Origin: Methanobacteriota archaeon
GTDB lineage: Archaea > Halobacteriota > Syntropharchaeia > JACQPP01
Length of the DNA: 51,828 nucleotides
Reading direction: 5' to 3'
Assembly (NCBI GenBank): GCA_016207465.1
Contig: JACQPP010000090.1
Coordinates: 1 to 51,828 of the forward strand
In this document: piece after piece, positions 35,500-42,667 of the stretch
Layout of the letters: each line of letters opens with the position of its first letter
Numbering within the stretch: position 1 is the first letter of the stretch
The notes under the pieces: generated by a model
What the model was told of the DNA's origin: nothing
Databases searched by the model: none
The model's input: only the letters and a program-made list of their open reading frames with translations
Translations under genes and position numbers: made by a program

Positions 35500-36426
35500 A
35501 TGGAAGTCTCCTATCACACACGAGTGAAACATAAGCTACTCGGTGACTATCTGAGTATCTGGGAAACGGCAATAAAGGGAAAGATACCGTTGCTTCAATT
35601 TGTTGACCTCTTTGCCGGTGATGGCATATGCAAACTTGAGAGTAGCCTTTCAATTACGTGGGATGGCTCAGCCATTTTGGGAGCAAGGATAGTAGGGGGT
35701 GTACCTGGCTGGAAGTGTATCCTGAATAGTTGGGACCCAAATGACCGGACTATATGCGACAGGCTAAAACACACTCTTGGAGAGACGAAGCCAAACATCC
35801 AAATTTTGAGCGAGGATGCAAATTTGTTGGTTGGCAAGATACTATCCTCGGCCTTCATCAACCCCAATTACCCGTCAATTTTTTTCTTAGACCCTACAGC
35901 ACACTCCCAACTCCCGTGGTCCACAATCGAAAAAATCGGAAACCATCGAGGGAAAATTAATAGAAACGATACCAGGTTAAGCCGACGTCCAGAGCTCATA
36001 GTGACGCTTATGACTGTCGGGATGCAAAGGAACCCGCAAGACCTTCCAGGCATATCGCGCGCGCTGGGCGTGACCGAAGAATGGTTGGAAACCTGGATTG
36101 AGTTTTGGAAGGAGTTACCAGAGAATCAAGGTGAACCCATCAACAAATCATTTCTCGATTTGTTTACTCTGAAACTCGAACGCCTCTATGGGCACAAACC
36201 ACTAACCATGAGTGTTCATAATCGAATGAAAAGCATCGTGTATTGGATTGTCTTCGCGTCAAGCCACAAGAGGGGAGTCGAGATTTATGGGCGCCTTATT
36301 CCCTGCGTGGAAAAGTACCATGAGGTAGAGTGGTGGAAGGAAGTGGGGGAATTGAAGATTTTAGAGATGAAGGAGAAGATGCGGCAAAAGGGACAACAAT
36401 TTCTTGATGAGAGGTTTTCCCGCTAA
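35500..36426 (+). CDS. tcmP: Three-Cys-motif partner protein TcmP-like (Rossmann/SAM-MTase-like motifs)
   Basis: ORF 35494..36426, with ATG at 35500. It has SYHTRVKHKLLGDYL, FVDLFAGDG and IFFLDPTAH. It is about 45% GC by hand count. The family call is from memory of the TIGR04474 description. Confidence 0.7.
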   Translation: MEVSYHTRVKHKLLGDYLSIWETAIKGKIPLLQFVDLFAGDGICKLESSLSITWDGSAILGARIVGGVPGWKCILNSWDPNDRTICDRLKHTLGETKPNIQILSEDANLLVGKILSSAFINPNYPSIFFLDPTAHSQLPWSTIEKIGNHRGKINRNDTRLSRRPELIVTLMTVGMQRNPQDLPGISRALGVTEEWLETWIEFWKELPENQGEPINKSFLDLFTLKLERLYGHKPLTMSVHNRMKSIVYWIVFASSHKRGVEIYGRLIPCVEKYHEVEWWKEVGELKILEMKEKMRQKGQQFLDERFSR

Positions 36427-36427
36427 T

Positions 36428-36507
36428 TCACAACTCCCCCCGGAACGCCCTATCCAGCACCCCCGGCAGCATCGCGTCGAGCCCGGCGGCGGTCTCGGAC
36501 TGGAGAC
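36428..36507 (-). repeat. Direct repeat R: intact-frame copy of the hsdS 3-prime end
   Basis: It encodes ..LQSETAAGLDAMLPGVLDRAFRGEL-stop. It is the partner of 34475..34535. Confidence 0.8.
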
Positions 36508-36589
36508 GGCGGAGGGAGTCCACCTTGGATTGGAGGGTGTAGAGTTTTTTGTCAACGTATCTGCGGCAGGTGTCGGCTTCGGTGTTCAT
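36428..36589 (-). pseudogene. 53-codon remnant ORF: HsdR-like N-terminus fused in frame to an HsdS C-terminal conserved region (type I R-M deletion scar)
   Basis: MNTEADTCRRYVDKKLY resembles the (S/T)E(A/S)DTcR..i.P.L start of type I/III restriction R subunits. TLQSKVDSLRRLQSETAAGLDAMLPGVLDRAFRGEL resembles the HsdS C-terminal ...LLPsiLdkAFkGEL ending. Confidence 0.5.
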
Positions 36590-36846
36590 CTCTTCCTCCC
36601 CCGTCCTTCCCACCACACCCATATCCCCAGCCCCTCCATGAGCCTCCGGAACTCCCCGGGGTGGGCGGCCTGCCACCGGGTCCCGTGGGCCTCCATGGTC
36701 TTGACGATGTCGGGGATGAAGTTGTGCTTGAGGGCCCGCTCCACGGTCCTCTGGAGTCCCTTCTCTGTGCCCTCGCGGAGCCACTTCTCGAAGAGGCGCT
36801 GGAGGGCCTCCGGGGTGAGGGCGGGGTCGCGGGGGCGGAGCCGCAT
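36586..36846 (-). CDS. Hypothetical 86-aa protein, translationally coupled (ATGA) to the remnant ORF
   Basis: MRLRPRDPALTPEALQRLFEKWLREGTEKGLQRTVERALKHNFIPDIVKTMEAHG... GC3 is near 100% in the first 22 codons. I recognise no family. Confidence 0.45.
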   Translation of the reverse strand: MRLRPRDPALTPEALQRLFEKWLREGTEKGLQRTVERALKHNFIPDIVKTMEAHGTRWQAAHPGEFRRLMEGLGIWVWWEGRGRKR

Positions 36847-36863
36847 GAGGAGGGGTTTGCGGG

Positions 36864-38618
36864 TCACGGTTTTTTTCCCCCGGGTTCCATCCGCTTCTGC
36901 ATGGAATACATCTTGAGGACCTCCTGGACGGTGGTGGCCTCCTCGGCCCCCTTGTCTCCCCGGATGTCTCCGGTGAGGCGGGGGAAGCGGAGGGCGTATC
37001 CGGGCTCGGTGGGGGTGCGGCCGCAGGTGTGGCTGGGGGAGCGGGTGATTTCGTCGGCGGCCACCTCGATGACATACCGGGGGGTGACCCATGCATCGGG
37101 CTCCACGAGGGAGTCCACGTTCCTGGGGCGGGCCCGGAGGGTGATGGCGTCGAGTTTCTTCTTGAACTCGGTCATGTCGGCCTCGGTGAGGCCGGAGCCC
37201 ACCTTGGCCACGGTCTTGAATGTCTCCGTTTTGGGGTCCCAGACGGCGCCGAGGACGGTGCCCATGCCGAACTGGGCCCTCTGGCCGCGCCCCTTGAAGT
37301 AGCCGACGATGGCGAGGTCGAGGGTGTCGGCCAATTCCCCCCGGTAGGAGCGCTTGAGTTTTATCCAGGCGAACTTGCGGGCCCCGGCCACGTAGGGGGC
37401 CCGGAGGTCCTTGGCGATGATGCCCTCCAGCCCCGCCTCGATGCAGTGATGGAAGTAGTCCTCGAGTTCCCTGGGGGTGGAGACGTGGCGGGCCTCGGCC
37501 ATCTGCAGGGTCTCCCCCTGGCGGAGGGCATTCTCCAGCCGGGCCCGGCGCTCCCCGTAGGGGACCCGGGTGAGGTCCTCCCCCTGGTGGTAGAGGAGGT
37601 CGAAGGCGAAGAGCCGGAGGGGGAGGTCGCGGGCCGCCTGGGCCACCCCGTGCTTGCGCTTCCTCTGGATGGTCTCCTGGAAGGGGAGGTGGGCCCCGGT
37701 GGCCTCGTCGTAGGAGAGGGCCTCCCCCTCGAGGATGGCGTCCCCCGCAATCTGCCGCCGGGCCCCCTCGACAATCTCGGGGAACATGGGGGTGGTCTTC
37801 TCCAGGCGGCGGGAGAACAGTTCCACCCGCTCCCCCCGCTTGTGGACCTGGATGCGGAATCCATCGTATTTGGCCTCGGCGAGGCATGGCCCCATCTTCC
37901 CGATGATTTCCTCGGGGCCGGGGAGCCGCTCGGCGAGGGCGGGGCGGATGGGGGAGCCCACCCGGGGGGTGAAGCGCCCGATTTTCCCCGGGGACTCGAG
38001 GAGGGTCCGGGCGACGAGCCCGAGGTCGGAGCAGAGGTTGTAGGCCCGCTCCAGGCTCTCCTTGAGGGACTTGTCCCCCACCTGGCAGGCCGAGAGGGCC
38101 TCCAGGATGGTGGCATCCCCCGCCCCCAACCTCAGTTTGCCGATGGGGACCCGCGCGATATACTTGGCCTCCACCGGGGTGGCCGCGGTGAGGAGCTCGG
38201 TGAGGAGGCCGATTTTCACATCCTGGCTCCCCGTCCCGCCGGTGGCGGCCATGCGGGTGAAGGTCTCGAAGACCGAGGCCACCGTGAGGGGCTCGGGCTC
38301 CGTGAGGCGCGAGCGGGGGCCCCCCGCGAGTCCCTGGGCGGTGAGCCCCAGGTCCCCCGAGGTCTTGTAGTGCTTCTCCACCTGGGCCCGGCTCCGCCCG
38401 GTGGCCCGCGCGATGGCCTTCGCCACGAACTTCTCCCCCAGCCCAATCTCCGCCCCCTCGAATGGGGGGGAGATGCCCCCCTGCAGGAGATAGACCACCC
38501 GGTCAATCTCCCCCGCCGGGGTCTCCCGGAAGAGGCCGGCGAGGATGTCCATCATCTCCAGGCGCCGGGGGGTCGCATCGAGGCGCTCGAAGACCTCGCA
38601 GAGGCGGGAGAACTCCAT
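36864..38618 (-). CDS. lig: ATP-dependent DNA ligase
   Basis: 584-aa ORF with EAKYDGFRIQVHK (adenylation Lys motif I), LEGEALSYD, EGIIAKD, WIKLKRSY and a C-terminal OB domain. Confidence 0.93.
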   Translation of the reverse strand: MEFSRLCEVFERLDATPRRLEMMDILAGLFRETPAGEIDRVVYLLQGGISPPFEGAEIGLGEKFVAKAIARATGRSRAQVEKHYKTSGDLGLTAQGLAGGPRSRLTEPEPLTVASVFETFTRMAATGGTGSQDVKIGLLTELLTAATPVEAKYIARVPIGKLRLGAGDATILEALSACQVGDKSLKESLERAYNLCSDLGLVARTLLESPGKIGRFTPRVGSPIRPALAERLPGPEEIIGKMGPCLAEAKYDGFRIQVHKRGERVELFSRRLEKTTPMFPEIVEGARRQIAGDAILEGEALSYDEATGAHLPFQETIQRKRKHGVAQAARDLPLRLFAFDLLYHQGEDLTRVPYGERRARLENALRQGETLQMAEARHVSTPRELEDYFHHCIEAGLEGIIAKDLRAPYVAGARKFAWIKLKRSYRGELADTLDLAIVGYFKGRGQRAQFGMGTVLGAVWDPKTETFKTVAKVGSGLTEADMTEFKKKLDAITLRARPRNVDSLVEPDAWVTPRYVIEVAADEITRSPSHTCGRTPTEPGYALRFPRLTGDIRGDKGAEEATTVQEVLKMYSMQKRMEPGGKKP

Positions 38619-38666
38619 GGGATACAGTCTTACGAGAGGCCCGGGATTTCATTAACGTTCTCGTCC

Positions 38667-39821
38667 ATGGCCGACCCCACTCCCCCGCACGGGCGCTGGT
38701 TGTTGTTCCTCCTCCCCTTCTCCTCCGTGCTGGTCCTGGGTTTCGGGGTGGCCCTGGTGGGTCCCACCCTGCGGGGCCTCGAAGGGGGACTGGAGTGGTG
38801 GCAGAATTCCCTCCTGGCCTCGGCGGTGTTCCTGGGCATCTCGGGGTCGGCCCTGGCCTTCGGCCGGCTCGGGGAGAGATTGGGTTTCCACCGGGTGATT
38901 CCCCTGGGGGTCGCCGTGCTGGCGGCCTCCCTGGCTCTCCTGGCCCTCGGCGGCGGAGGGTTTCTCCCGGTCCTCCTGGGGTTCCTGGTGATAGGGGTCT
39001 CCTTCGGGGCCATCCAGGCCGCCGGGAACCCCCTGGTTCCCCGATTGTTCCCCGAGCGCCCCGGGGCCGCCCTCAACCTCCTCCACACGGCGTGGTCCAT
39101 CGGGGCATTCGCCGGGCCTGTCCTGGCGGGCATCTACGCCGCGCGGGGGGACATCCAGGGGGTCTTCCAGATTGGCCTCCTGCTCTCCCTGGGGTTCCTC
39201 GGGGGCTCCATGGTGCTGGTGCGGAGGTTCCCCCCAGCCCCCGGGGACTCGGCCCCGGAGAAGCGGGTGGACCTGGGCTTCCCACTCCCCCTCGTTCTCC
39301 TCATCCTGGCCAATTTTTTCTACGCGGGCTCGGAGATGTCCATCAACAGCTGGCTCCCCACCTACCTCGGCGCCGGGGGGGCGGGGCAGGCGGAGGCGGG
39401 GCTCTCCCTGGGGCTCTTCTGGGGGCTGATGGGGCTCGGGAGGGTCATGCTGGGGCCCCTGCTGGACCGATTCGAGCCCCGCCGGATGCTCCTGGGCCAC
39501 ATCGGGCTCGCCCTGCTCCTCTACGGGGCCTCCCTGCTCCTGCCGGGCATGGCCTTCCTCCTCTGGCCCCTCGCCGGGTTCCTCTACTCGGTGATGTTCC
39601 CCGGCCTCATGGTCCTCACCTCCCGGCGGTTCCCCCGGAGGCCGGGGGCCGCCATGGGGGCCATCTTCACATTCGGCGTCTGGGGGGCCGTCGTCTTCCC
39701 CGCCCTCCTCGGCGGACTGGTGGCCCGGGTGGGGGCGTGGACGGTTCCCGTGGTGGCGGCGGGGAGCCTGGGGGGAATGGGAGCCGTCATACTGGCCCTA
39801 CGCGAGAGGCCAGCCACCTGA
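38667..39821 (+). CDS. MFS transporter (12-TM type)
   Basis: In-frame Met (MADPTPPHGRWLL) of ORF 37029..39821, 384 aa. It is hydrophobic throughout, with GRLGERLG-type loop motifs. Confidence 0.8.
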   Translation: MADPTPPHGRWLLFLLPFSSVLVLGFGVALVGPTLRGLEGGLEWWQNSLLASAVFLGISGSALAFGRLGERLGFHRVIPLGVAVLAASLALLALGGGGFLPVLLGFLVIGVSFGAIQAAGNPLVPRLFPERPGAALNLLHTAWSIGAFAGPVLAGIYAARGDIQGVFQIGLLLSLGFLGGSMVLVRRFPPAPGDSAPEKRVDLGFPLPLVLLILANFFYAGSEMSINSWLPTYLGAGGAGQAEAGLSLGLFWGLMGLGRVMLGPLLDRFEPRRMLLGHIGLALLLYGASLLLPGMAFLLWPLAGFLYSVMFPGLMVLTSRRFPRRPGAAMGAIFTFGVWGAVVFPALLGGLVARVGAWTVPVVAAGSLGGMGAVILALRERPAT

Positions 39822-39918
39822 AGGACGAAGCCGCAGATTTCGCAGATTATGTAGGCTGGATACGGGTGGGGGACTTCTTGTAGAGACCACGTGTAAATTA
39901 CAGGCGGACAGGTCACAC

Positions 39919-40134
39919 ATGACTTCACGAACAGGGCCTCAGTCACAGAGGGGCAAAAGACAGTCCGAGGAGGGGTGGTGGATAATTGTCTCGGCTGATG
40001 GGCACAAGTATACCGGTTATGTGGAGAGCGGTGGACAACTCGACGGTTTCTGTGTAGAGTTTGGTGCAGAGGAATGCTTTGGACCATTCTCTACCGAGAG
40101 GAAAGCCAGAAAAATTGCTGGGCTTCCACCCTAA
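39919..40134 (+). CDS. Hypothetical 71-aa protein in a lower-GC islet
   Basis: This ORF appears only in the track and I recognise no motif. Local GC is about 53%. Confidence 0.35.
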   Translation: MTSRTGPQSQRGKRQSEEGWWIIVSADGHKYTGYVESGGQLDGFCVEFGAEECFGPFSTERKARKIAGLPP

Positions 40135-40226
40135 TTCATTAACGAAGAGGAAACGCTAAGGACAGATGGGGCCAGGGACCTTCTTGTGCTTATCTCCAAG
40201 ACTAACGAAGACCGGAAAAGCTAAGC

Positions 40227-40703
40227 TTGATTCATGGATTATGGAGTGTGCCCTATACGGAACACTCCCACAGGTTCGCCGTTACCATCTTGGCCCACCA
40301 CTATCCGGAGGCGAAGAAGGAAATCGAAGCCGTAGTGGTGGACCCCCATACCCCTCTCGGCCGAGGACACCAGCCGACCCCCTCCAAAGTGCTCCAAGCC
40401 CGATTCCGCAGCCTGGGATGGAGGACAGAGAAGACAGTCGGAGAATCAAGCCTCCGATTCGATGCCCTTAAAGGTCGGGTTGCCATTGAAATCGAGTTAA
40501 CAGACCCCGCGGATGTCCTGAATACACTTCTCAAGTTCCAGATTGCGAATTCCGGGAATCAAATTGACGTGGGTCTGCTCGTGGTCTACGACGATTCCAT
40601 CAGGGGGACGAACATCCCGAAAATCGGAAAAGCAAAAAGTGACCTTCGCCTGTTCTCGAACTTGGTGTTCTGCCCTGTCTGGGTTATTGGCTTGAAAGAG
40701 TAA
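40227..40703 (+). CDS. BglII/BstYI-fold (PD-(D/E)xK) restriction-endonuclease-like protein, orphan
   Basis: 158-aa ORF. ...RFRSLGWRTEK...LRFDALKGRVAIEIELTDPADVLNTLLKFQIANSGNQIDVGLLVVYD matches the remembered BglII core pattern (D..K...vEvq.....v..dl.Kf......idvGv.I). No methyltransferase gene is nearby. Confidence 0.55.
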   Translation: MIHGLWSVPYTEHSHRFAVTILAHHYPEAKKEIEAVVVDPHTPLGRGHQPTPSKVLQARFRSLGWRTEKTVGESSLRFDALKGRVAIEIELTDPADVLNTLLKFQIANSGNQIDVGLLVVYDDSIRGTNIPKIGKAKSDLRLFSNLVFCPVWVIGLKE

Positions 40704-40719
40704 TCTGTGGCTCGTTTAT

Positions 40720-41787
40720 TCAGTAGTTTTCGCTTCTCCGCCGCACGAACTCCCGGTCCTTCGCGTATTCCTGGATGAGTTCGGCGGCGGCCTCGGCGGC
40801 CGATTTGGTGGGCTTGTATCCGAGGAGGCGCTTGGCCTTCTCCACGCTGTAGGTGTTGTGGTAGAAGACATAGTCCCACTGGTATCTGGGGAGGCGGTGG
40901 AAGCCGAGGGCCCCGGTGACCGCCATGAGGAGGCGGCCCGTGGTGCGGTTCCCCGGCACATACACGATGCGGGACTTGGAGCCGGCGGCCCGGATGAGGG
41001 ACTCCACAATCTCCTTCTGGGTGCTGGAGCGGTCTGTGGAGATGTTGAAGGCCTGGCCCACGGCCCCCGGCTTCTCGGCGCAGAGGTGGTATCCCTGGAG
41101 GACATCCTTGTAGTAGACGAAGTCGCCCCGGGTCTCGCCGCGGTTCATGAGGGGGACGATGCCCCCCTGGAGGACGCGGTCCATGAGGTCGAGGATGGGG
41201 CGGTGGTTGTAGTAGCCGGGGCCGCAGATGGTGGGCATCCGCACCGCCGCCGCCTCCAGCCCGGTCTCCTTGCAGTAGGCCCACAATCTCTTCTCGGACT
41301 CCAGTTTGTGGAGGCCATACCAGCCGACGGGGTGGTCGGTGGGGGCCTCCTCGGTGCATGGCTGGGGGGGCCGGGTCCCGTAGATTTCGATGGTGCTGGT
41401 GTGGACGAACCGCCTCACTCCGGCCCGGGTGGACTCCTTGAGGATGTTGTCCATCCCCCCGATGTTGATGTCCCACCGGGTCTTCTCCGGGAGTTTGGAG
41501 AGGCTCTGGACGAAGGCGAGGTGGAAGACCGTGTCCACCCCCCGGAGGGCCCCGGCGAGGGCCTGGGGGTCCCGCAGGTCCCCCTGGGTGAACTCGGCCC
41601 CCTCCGGCAGATATTTGGTCTTCTGGATGTCGAAGATGCGCACCTCCCGCTTCTTCTCCATGAGATGGCGGGCGAGGTGGCTGCCCAGGTATCCCGCGCC
41701 GCCGGTGACGAGGTCCACGGTGTGTTCACCCCTCCCCCATTCTCCCCCAGATAAGTATATTCTCCTGTCCCTCCATCTTGCCACCAC
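40720..41787 (-). CDS. NAD-dependent epimerase/dehydratase (extended SDR)
   Basis: It has VDLVTGGAGYLGSHLARHL (TGxxGxxG) and YGLHK (YxxxK). The likely true start is the GTG at 41718, with a TATA-like ATATACTTA about 35 nt upstream. The longer ORF start overlaps the mtd promoter region. Confidence 0.82.
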   Translation of the reverse strand: MVARWRDRRIYLSGGEWGRGEHTVDLVTGGAGYLGSHLARHLMEKKREVRIFDIQKTKYLPEGAEFTQGDLRDPQALAGALRGVDTVFHLAFVQSLSKLPEKTRWDINIGGMDNILKESTRAGVRRFVHTSTIEIYGTRPPQPCTEEAPTDHPVGWYGLHKLESEKRLWAYCKETGLEAAAVRMPTICGPGYYNHRPILDLMDRVLQGGIVPLMNRGETRGDFVYYKDVLQGYHLCAEKPGAVGQAFNISTDRSSTQKEIVESLIRAAGSKSRIVYVPGNRTTGRLLMAVTGALGFHRLPRYQWDYVFYHNTYSVEKAKRLLGYKPTKSAAEAAAELIQEYAKDREFVRRRSENY

Positions 41788-41789
41788 CC

Positions 41790-42611
41790 ATGGCCAAGGT
41801 CGGTGTGCTGAAGTTGGGCAACATCGGGGTCTCCCCCCTCCTGGAGCACCTCTTGGACGAGCGTGCGGACCGCGGGGGCCTCGATGTGAGGGCGTGGTCC
41901 TCGGGCACGAAGATGGGGGAGCCGGAGGCGGCCCTGGCGGAGGAGGTCAACCGGTGGGGCCCGGACCTCTCGGTGCTGGTGAGCCCCAACACCGTCCTCC
42001 CCGGCCCCGCTCGGGCCCGGGCCATCCTGAAGGCTCCCCTGCTCATCGTCTCCGATGGGGCCGCGCGCAAGGCCGCCAGGGACCTGGAGAGGCCAGGCGT
42101 GGGCTACATCCTCTTCACGGGGGACGCCATGCTGGGGGCCCGGCGCGAGTTGTTGGACCCCACGGAGATGGTGCTGTTCAACAGTGACATCCTCCGGGTC
42201 CTCTCGGTGTGCGGGGCCCTGCGTCTGCTCCACCAGGAGATTGACGGTGTCCTGGACCAGGTCCAGCGGAAGGCCAGCCCCCTGGCGATGCCCCGGCTGG
42301 TGGCCGACGGCCCCACGGTGGTGGCCCGCGCGGGGTTCTCCAGCCCCTATGCCCACGCCAAGGCGCTGGCGGCCTACGCCATGTGCGAGAAGGCGGCCCA
42401 GATGGCCCATGAGGCCTGCTTCGTCCTCAAGGAGCCCATCCAGTATGTGCCTCTGGCGGCGGCGGTCCACGAGTCGGTGCGTGCGGCGGCCCGCCTCGCG
42501 GATGAGGCCCGGGAGATGGAGAAGGGGGGGGACCGGGTCTACCGCACCCCCCACGACAAGGCGGGTGGGACCCAGAGGAGGCGGGGCCTCCTGGGGAAGC
42601 CAGAGGGATGA
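41790..42611 (+). CDS. mtd: F420-dependent methylenetetrahydromethanopterin dehydrogenase
   Basis: MAKVGVLKLGNIGVSPLLEHLLDERADR...GARRELLDPTEMVLFNSDILRVL...GFSSPYAHAKALAAYAM...AAAVHESVRAAARLADEAREMEK...RTPH aligns along its whole length with remembered Mtd sequences. Confidence 0.88.
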   Translation: MAKVGVLKLGNIGVSPLLEHLLDERADRGGLDVRAWSSGTKMGEPEAALAEEVNRWGPDLSVLVSPNTVLPGPARARAILKAPLLIVSDGAARKAARDLERPGVGYILFTGDAMLGARRELLDPTEMVLFNSDILRVLSVCGALRLLHQEIDGVLDQVQRKASPLAMPRLVADGPTVVARAGFSSPYAHAKALAAYAMCEKAAQMAHEACFVLKEPIQYVPLAAAVHESVRAAARLADEAREMEKGGDRVYRTPHDKAGGTQRRRGLLGKPEG

Positions 42612-42667
42612 ACACCCGGGTTTTCGCTCCTCTGATAGAGAGAATCGGGTGCGAAACGATTAACTGA

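Noticed and set aside
37029-38666. N-terminal 546 aa of ORF 37029..39821.
   Set aside because: This part is antisense to the DNA ligase gene. Only the part from the ATG at 38667 (MFS transporter) looks real.
40139-40226. Two similar 25-nt strings (TAACGAAGAGGAAACGCTAAGGA / TAACGAAGACCGGAAAAGCTAAGC) upstream of the nuclease ORF.
   Set aside because: The repeat is short and imperfect, with indels. It might be a regulatory repeat, but the evidence is insufficient.
39830-40711. Possible terminal inverted repeats of the nuclease islet (GCCGCAGATTTC at 39830 versus the reverse complement of GTAATCTGTGGC at 40700, 10/12), plus the tandem GCAGATT GCAGATT at 39832-39847.
   Set aside because: They are only 12 nt with two mismatches, were found after a flexible search, and one arm overlaps a stop codon. 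This is not distinguishable from chance without more copies.
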